DNA of 64,000 nucleotides from Alphaproteobacteria bacterium (GTDB lineage Bacteria; Pseudomonadota; Alphaproteobacteria; Rickettsiales; JABIRX01): NCBI GenBank assembly GCA_018667735.1, contig JABIRX010000015.1, positions 27,569 to 91,568 of the forward strand, read 5' to 3'. Shown piece by piece: positions 59,405 to 64,000 of this stretch (position 1 is its first letter; each line of letters starts with the position of its first letter). The notes under the pieces were generated by a model. It saw only the letters and a program-made list of their open reading frames with translations, ran no database searches and was not told where the DNA came from. The position numbers and the translations under genes were made by a program.

Positions 59405-60097
59405 ATGTCAAAAAACAAAAGATTAAATAATATAAAAAAAGGCTTAGATTTGGAAGCTCAATATGAGTTGGATAATGCAATAAGCACCGTTAAAGCTAAC
59501 GCTACCGCTAAGTTTGATGAGTCAGTGGATGTTGTTTTTAGTTTGAATGTTAATCCAAAGCATCAAGACCAAAACATCAGAGAGATAGTAAGTATGCCTG
59601 AAGGATTAGGCAAGAATACTAGGGTTGCAGTTATAGCTAAAGCTGAAAAGCATGAAGCGGCTATATCAGCAGGAGCTGAGAGGGTAGGAGCAGAAGACTT
59701 AGTCGATGAGATTAGACAAGGTAAGGTTGACTTCGATTTTTGTATAGCTACACCAGACATGATGCCAAAAGTTGGTCAGCTTGGAAAAATCTTAGGCCCT
59801 AAGGGTTTGATGCCAAATCCTAAGTTAGGTTCAGTGACTAATGATGTTCAGAAAGCAGTTGAGAACGCTAAAAAAGGTCAGGTAGAGCTTAAAGTGGAAA
59901 AATTTGGTTTAGTACATGCAGCAATTGGTAAATCAAGCTTTGACGCTCAGAAGATAAAAAATAATTTTGATGCGGTATATACGGCGTTAAAGAATGCAAA
60001 ACCTACGGGCGTTAAGGGTTCCTATCTTAAGAAAGTATTTATAGGTTCCACTATGGGTCCTTCGTTAGAGATATCAATTTCATCATTAAATAAATAG
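59405..60097 (+). CDS. rplA: 50S ribosomal protein L1
   Basis: FDESVDVVFSLNV.PK..DQNIR, ATPDMM..VG.LGKILGP.GLMPNPK.G.V. Confidence 0.97.
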   Translation: MSKNKRLNNIKKGLDLEAQYELDNAISTVKANATAKFDESVDVVFSLNVNPKHQDQNIREIVSMPEGLGKNTRVAVIAKAEKHEAAISAGAERVGAEDLVDEIRQGKVDFDFCIATPDMMPKVGQLGKILGPKGLMPNPKLGSVTNDVQKAVENAKKGQVELKVEKFGLVHAAIGKSSFDAQKIKNNFDAVYTALKNAKPTGVKGSYLKKVFIGSTMGPSLEISISSLNK

Positions 60098-60105
60098 AGT
60101 TTAAA

Positions 60106-60612
60106 ATGAACTTATTAGAGAAAAAAAATTTCGTTGAAAAGCTAAGCCAAGAAATTAAAGCAACTAGCATTTTGTTAGTAGCTCACTATGCTGGTCTAAC
60201 TGTAGCGCAGATGACTACGTTAAGAAATTCTGCAAAAAAGAGTGAGGTGCAGATTAAAGTTGCAAAAAATTCTCTAGTAAAATTGGCAGTGTCTGGAACT
60301 GATTATGAATCTATAACAAATGATTTGTCTGGTCCAACCGTGTTAATTTTTGCAAACGATATAGTTTCTGCTGCAAAAATTATGGTTGATTTTGCTAAAG
60401 AAAATAAAGAATTAGTGATTAAAGCTGGTTCTTACGACAAATCTCAGATAGGAAAGGAGGAAATAGTTTCTATTTCTAAGATGCCTTCTCTTGACGAGAT
60501 CAGAGCTAAGTTAATTAGCTTGATTCAAACTCCTGCTACTAGGTTAGCCTGTGTGCTTCAAGCGCCAGCTAGTCAATGTGCTAGAGTTATTGAAGCATAT
60601 TCTAAGAAGTAA
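60106..60612 (+). CDS. rplJ: 50S ribosomal protein L10
   Basis: 168 aa. K...V..L......A....V..Y.GLTVAQMT.LR pattern. Position between rplA and rplL. Confidence 0.95.
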   Translation: MNLLEKKNFVEKLSQEIKATSILLVAHYAGLTVAQMTTLRNSAKKSEVQIKVAKNSLVKLAVSGTDYESITNDLSGPTVLIFANDIVSAAKIMVDFAKENKELVIKAGSYDKSQIGKEEIVSISKMPSLDEIRAKLISLIQTPATRLACVLQAPASQCARVIEAYSKK

Positions 60613-60637
60613 TTAATAAATTGTTGAGGTTAAATTT

Positions 60638-61012
60638 ATGGCTGATTTAAATAAAATAGTAGAAGACTTATCTACATTAACAGTAGTTGAAGCTGCTGAA
60701 TTATCAAAGTTGTTGGAAGAGAGTTGGGGCGTTAGCGCTGCTGCTCCTGTAGCTGTGGCCGCTGGTGCTGCTGCTGGAGCTGATGCTGCTGAAGAAGAAA
60801 AAACTGAATTCTCAGTTGTTTTGTCTGAAATAGGTGGTAAAAAAATTAATGTTATCAAAGAAGTTAGAGCTATAACTGCTCTTGGTCTTAAGGAAGCTAA
60901 GGATTTAGTTGAATCTGCTCCAAAAGAGATCAAAGGTGGTTTGTCAAAAGAAGATGCTGAAAAGATGAAAAAAGCTTTAGAAGCGGCTGGCGCTACTGTA
61001 GAGTTAAAATAA
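60638..61012 (+). CDS. rplL: 50S ribosomal protein L7/L12
   Basis: [30 protein letters not shown], an Ala-rich hinge, and [24 protein letters not shown]. Confidence 0.97.
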   Translation: MADLNKIVEDLSTLTVVEAAELSKLLEESWGVSAAAPVAVAAGAAAGADAAEEEKTEFSVVLSEIGGKKINVIKEVRAITALGLKEAKDLVESAPKEIKGGLSKEDAEKMKKALEAAGATVELK

Positions 61013-61080
61013 TTAATTTTAATAATTAATTATTTTAATTTTAACTCTAATTACTTCTTTAACTTTTTTGTACATTCATA

Positions 61081-63999
61081 ATGAAGAATCCTAACAGAAA
61101 TACCGATGCTTTAACTTATCGTAAAAGTTATGGCAAGATTGGCGATGTTATGCCATTGCCAAACCTAATAGAAGTTCAAAGGAACTCATATAGAACTTTT
61201 GTGGATCCAGATAATGTGTCTACAGAGGATGGTTTAGGTAGGGTTTTCTCTTCGGTCTTTCCAGTAAATGATTTTACAGGCTTGTCAACTATGGAGTTTG
61301 TTAGTTACAAGTTGGAAAAACCTAAATACTCTCAAGCGGAATGTTTAAAAAGGGGCGCTACTTATTCAGTGCCCATTAAAGTTACATTAAGATTGATAGT
61401 ATGGGTAATTGATGAAGATACAGGATCTAAAGAAGTAAAGTCCATTAAGGAACAGGAGGTTTATTTTGGTGATTTGCCGTTAATGACTCCAAGGGCAACT
61501 TTCATAATAAATGGTACAGAAAGAGTTGTAGTTTCTCAGTTACATCGTTCACCTGGAGTGTTTTTTGACCACGATAAAGGGAAAGCAACTAATCAAACAA
61601 AGCTATTATATTCTGCAAGGATAATACCTTACAGAGGTTCATGGTTGGATTTTGAATTTGATACCAAGGATCTATTATATTTTAGAATAGATAGGAGAAG
61701 AAAAATTCTAGCTACTACTTTCGTTAGGGCTTTAGGATACACTACAGAGCAAATATTAAAAGAGTTTTACTCAGCTGATTTGTACAAGGTTAGTGATGGT
61801 TCTTTTGTAGTTGATGTAGATTTATCTAGCTTAAAGGGTACCGTTTTAAAACATGATATTGTATCTGCTGATGATAACAAAACATATTTAAAGGCAGGTG
61901 AAAAAATTACTGCTTTATCACTCAAAAAGTTTAAAAGTCACAATATAACATCAATTAAATTAACAGCAGAAAATTTAGTTGGCTCAATATTGGTGAAAGC
62001 CTTAGAAGTTAATGATGAAGTAGTAGAAGCTGGTTCTCTGGTTACAGATGAGATGATTCCAGCATTGTTAAAGAAGGGAGAATTTGAGTTAATCTCTATA
62101 AATAAGGTTAATAGTCCTTATATTCATAGCACAATGTCTGCTGAAAAAAATAAAACTGAGGATGATGCCCTTATAGATATTTACAAAGTTTTAAGACCGG
62201 GGGATCCTCCGTCTGTGGAAGCTTCTAGAGAGATATTTACGTCATTGTTTTTTAAGGATGATAAGTATGATTTATCTAACGTTGGTAGAGCTAAAATTAA
62301 TGAGAGGTTAGATATCGATGTATCGGAAGACTTAACATTATTAACAAAAAAAGACGTCATTGAAACTGTTAAAACATTACTAGAAATGAAGTTTAAAAAC
62401 TCGGATAGTGATGACATAGATCACTTGGGTAACAGAAGAGTAAGATCAGTAGGTGAGTTAGTAGAAAATCAATTCAGAATAGGTTTGGTCAGAGTACAGA
62501 GAGCGATACAAGAAAGAATGAACTCCGTGGAAATAGATACAGTTCTTCCACAAGAGCTGATTAATGCTAAGCCATTAATTTCTACAATAAGAGAGTTTTA
62601 TGGTACCTCTCAATTATCACAATTTATGGATCAAACCAATCCATTATCAGAAATAACACATAAGAGAAGATTATCTGCACTAGGTCCAGGTGGTTTGTCG
62701 AGAGATAGAGCTGGTTTTGAAGTTAGAGACGTACATACTTCTCACTATGGAAGGATATGTCCTATTGAAACACCTGAAGGACCTAATATTGGTCTGATAA
62801 ATTCAATAGCCACTTATGCAAAAGTTAACAAATTTGGTTTTTTAGAAAGTCCTTACAGAAAAGTTTTGGATGGTAAAGTTACGAATGAAGTTGTGTATTT
62901 ATCTGCAACTCAAGAGTCTAAATATATTATTGCGCAAGCAAATGAAGAATTGGATGAAGCTGGTTCTTTTGTAGGAGAGTTGCATAATTGTAGACACAAT
63001 GGCAATTACTTAATGACTCCTTCTAACAAGGTTGATCTTATTGATCTTTCTCCTAAGCAAGTTGTTTCAGTTGCTGCTTCATTAATACCATTCTTAGAAA
63101 ATGATGATGCAAATCGTGCACTAATGGGTTCTAATATGCAAAGACAAGCAGTTCCTTTGCTTTATCCACAGGCTCCTATAGTTGGGACTGGTATGGAAAG
63201 AGTAGTTGCCGCTGATTCTTCAGCATGTTTAACCGCAAAGCATGATGGTGTAGTCGAAAAAGTAAATGCTTCCAAAATATTTATCAGGATTGATGATGAA
63301 TCATCTAACGAACTAGTAGAAATTTATGAATTGCGTAAATATCAGAGATCTAATCAAGATACATGTATCAACCAAAAGCCATTAGTTAGGGTAGGGCAAT
63401 ATGTTAAAAAAGGAGATGTTATAGCTGACGGACCTAGTACAAAAAATGGGGAACTAGCCCTAGGTAGAAATGTATTAGTAGGCTTTATGTCATGGAATGG
63501 CTATAATTTTGAAGATTCAATAATTATGTCAGAGAAAATAGTATCAGACGATGTCTTTACTTCAGTGCATATAGAAGAATATGAAATTACGGCTAGAGAT
63601 ACTAGATTAGGATCGGAAGAAGTTACTAGGGACATACCTAATGTAGGAGAAGAAGCTCTAAGAAACCTAGATGAAGTAGGTATTGTAAACATTGGCGCAG
63701 AAGTGTTGGGAGGAGATGTAATCGTTGGTAAAGTCACGCCTAAAAGTGAATCACCTTCAACGCCTGAGGAAAAGTTATTAAGAGCTATATTTGGCGAAAA
63801 AGCAGCTGATGTTAAAGATTCTTCATTATATATTCCACCAGGGGTTAGTGGTACAGTTATAGATGTTAGAGTATTTACTAGAAGGGGTGTTGAGAAAGAT
63901 CAAAGAACTCTTACAATAGAAAGGCAGAGAATATCGAAGCTTACTAACGATAAGCAAGAGAAGCTTAGAATAATTGAGAAGCATTTAGTTGATAAGGTT
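61081..63999 (+). CDS. rpoB: DNA-directed RNA polymerase beta subunit, 3'-truncated by the window edge
   Basis: Absent from the ORF track because no stop occurs before the window end. My translation from the ATG at 61081 gives [40 protein letters not shown].... Later come ...[60 protein letters not shown], the rifampicin-cluster region. The frame stays open to base 63999. Confidence 0.97.
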   Translation, partial: MKNPNRNTDALTYRKSYGKIGDVMPLPNLIEVQRNSYRTFVDPDNVSTEDGLGRVFSSVFPVNDFTGLSTMEFVSYKLEKPKYSQAECLKRGATYSVPIKVTLRLIVWVIDEDTGSKEVKSIKEQEVYFGDLPLMTPRATFIINGTERVVVSQLHRSPGVFFDHDKGKATNQTKLLYSARIIPYRGSWLDFEFDTKDLLYFRIDRRRKILATTFVRALGYTTEQILKEFYSADLYKVSDGSFVVDVDLSSLKGTVLKHDIVSADDNKTYLKAGEKITALSLKKFKSHNITSIKLTAENLVGSILVKALEVNDEVVEAGSLVTDEMIPALLKKGEFELISINKVNSPYIHSTMSAEKNKTEDDALIDIYKVLRPGDPPSVEASREIFTSLFFKDDKYDLSNVGRAKINERLDIDVSEDLTLLTKKDVIETVKTLLEMKFKNSDSDDIDHLGNRRVRSVGELVENQFRIGLVRVQRAIQERMNSVEIDTVLPQELINAKPLISTIREFYGTSQLSQFMDQTNPLSEITHKRRLSALGPGGLSRDRAGFEVRDVHTSHYGRICPIETPEGPNIGLINSIATYAKVNKFGFLESPYRKVLDGKVTNEVVYLSATQESKYIIAQANEELDEAGSFVGELHNCRHNGNYLMTPSNKVDLIDLSPKQVVSVAASLIPFLENDDANRALMGSNMQRQAVPLLYPQAPIVGTGMERVVAADSSACLTAKHDGVVEKVNASKIFIRIDDESSNELVEIYELRKYQRSNQDTCINQKPLVRVGQYVKKGDVIADGPSTKNGELALGRNVLVGFMSWNGYNFEDSIIMSEKIVSDDVFTSVHIEEYEITARDTRLGSEEVTRDIPNVGEEALRNLDEVGIVNIGAEVLGGDVIVGKVTPKSESPSTPEEKLLRAIFGEKAADVKDSSLYIPPGVSGTVIDVRVFTRRGVEKDQRTLTIERQRISKLTNDKQEKLRIIEKHLVDKV

Positions 64000-64000
64000 A

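Noticed and set aside
60613-60933. 106-aa ORF antisense to rplL with an Ala/Ser/Thr-rich product
   Set aside because: It is a mirror-frame artefact of the Ala-rich L7/L12 hinge and codon bias. It lies fully inside a certain ribosomal protein gene.

Overview
Visibly AT-rich (G+C not computed), densely coding chromosomal core segment of an alphaproteobacterium. I call 64 protein genes (two cut by the window edges) and 7 tRNA genes. I found no rRNA, CRISPR array, transposase, integrase or phage genes. Several gene-order blocks are typical of Alphaproteobacteria: dapA-smpB; rpmH-rnpA-yidC-engB-argB; rpoZ-spoT-pdxJ-acpS; pccB-pccA; and rpsL-rpsG-fusA-tuf-tRNA(Trp)-secE-nusG-rplKAJL-rpoB. Envelope genes are present (lpxK, lpxL-type, kdsB, glmU, uppP, mreBC, an AsmA/YhdP-like protein, a SurA-like protein, an OMP). 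So are many biosynthetic genes (dapA, leuD, argB, argJ, aroB, aroK, pyrF, pdxJ, ispH, ubiA) and a full-length RelA/SpoT homologue. These sit beside features usual in host-associated lineages: an ankyrin-repeat protein, a TPR protein, a membrane-anchored retropepsin-like protease and a TlyC-type hemolysin-family protein. That mix suggests a host-associated but not extremely reduced Rickettsiales/Holosporales-like organism; this is inference and I cannot assign a taxon. Two genes missing from the ORF track were found by reading the sequence: rpmH (19039..19173, minus strand) and the 5' 2.9 kb of rpoB (61081 to the window end). I did not find a convincing discrete multi-gene novel system such as a defence island, toxin-antitoxin pair or secretion locus. 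The best leads are single genes or pairs: (1) a divergent second RmuC-like protein with a substituted nuclease motif and a long acidic tail, coupled to an NRAMP-like transporter; (2) a secreted staphylococcal-nuclease-fold protein with its catalytic positions replaced; (3) orphan ANK, TPR and coiled-coil proteins as effector candidates; (4) a 350-bp unexplained spacer between convergent 3' ends; (5) a fused str/tuf/secE-nusG/rplKAJL/rpoB arrangement with almost no room for the usual L10 leader.
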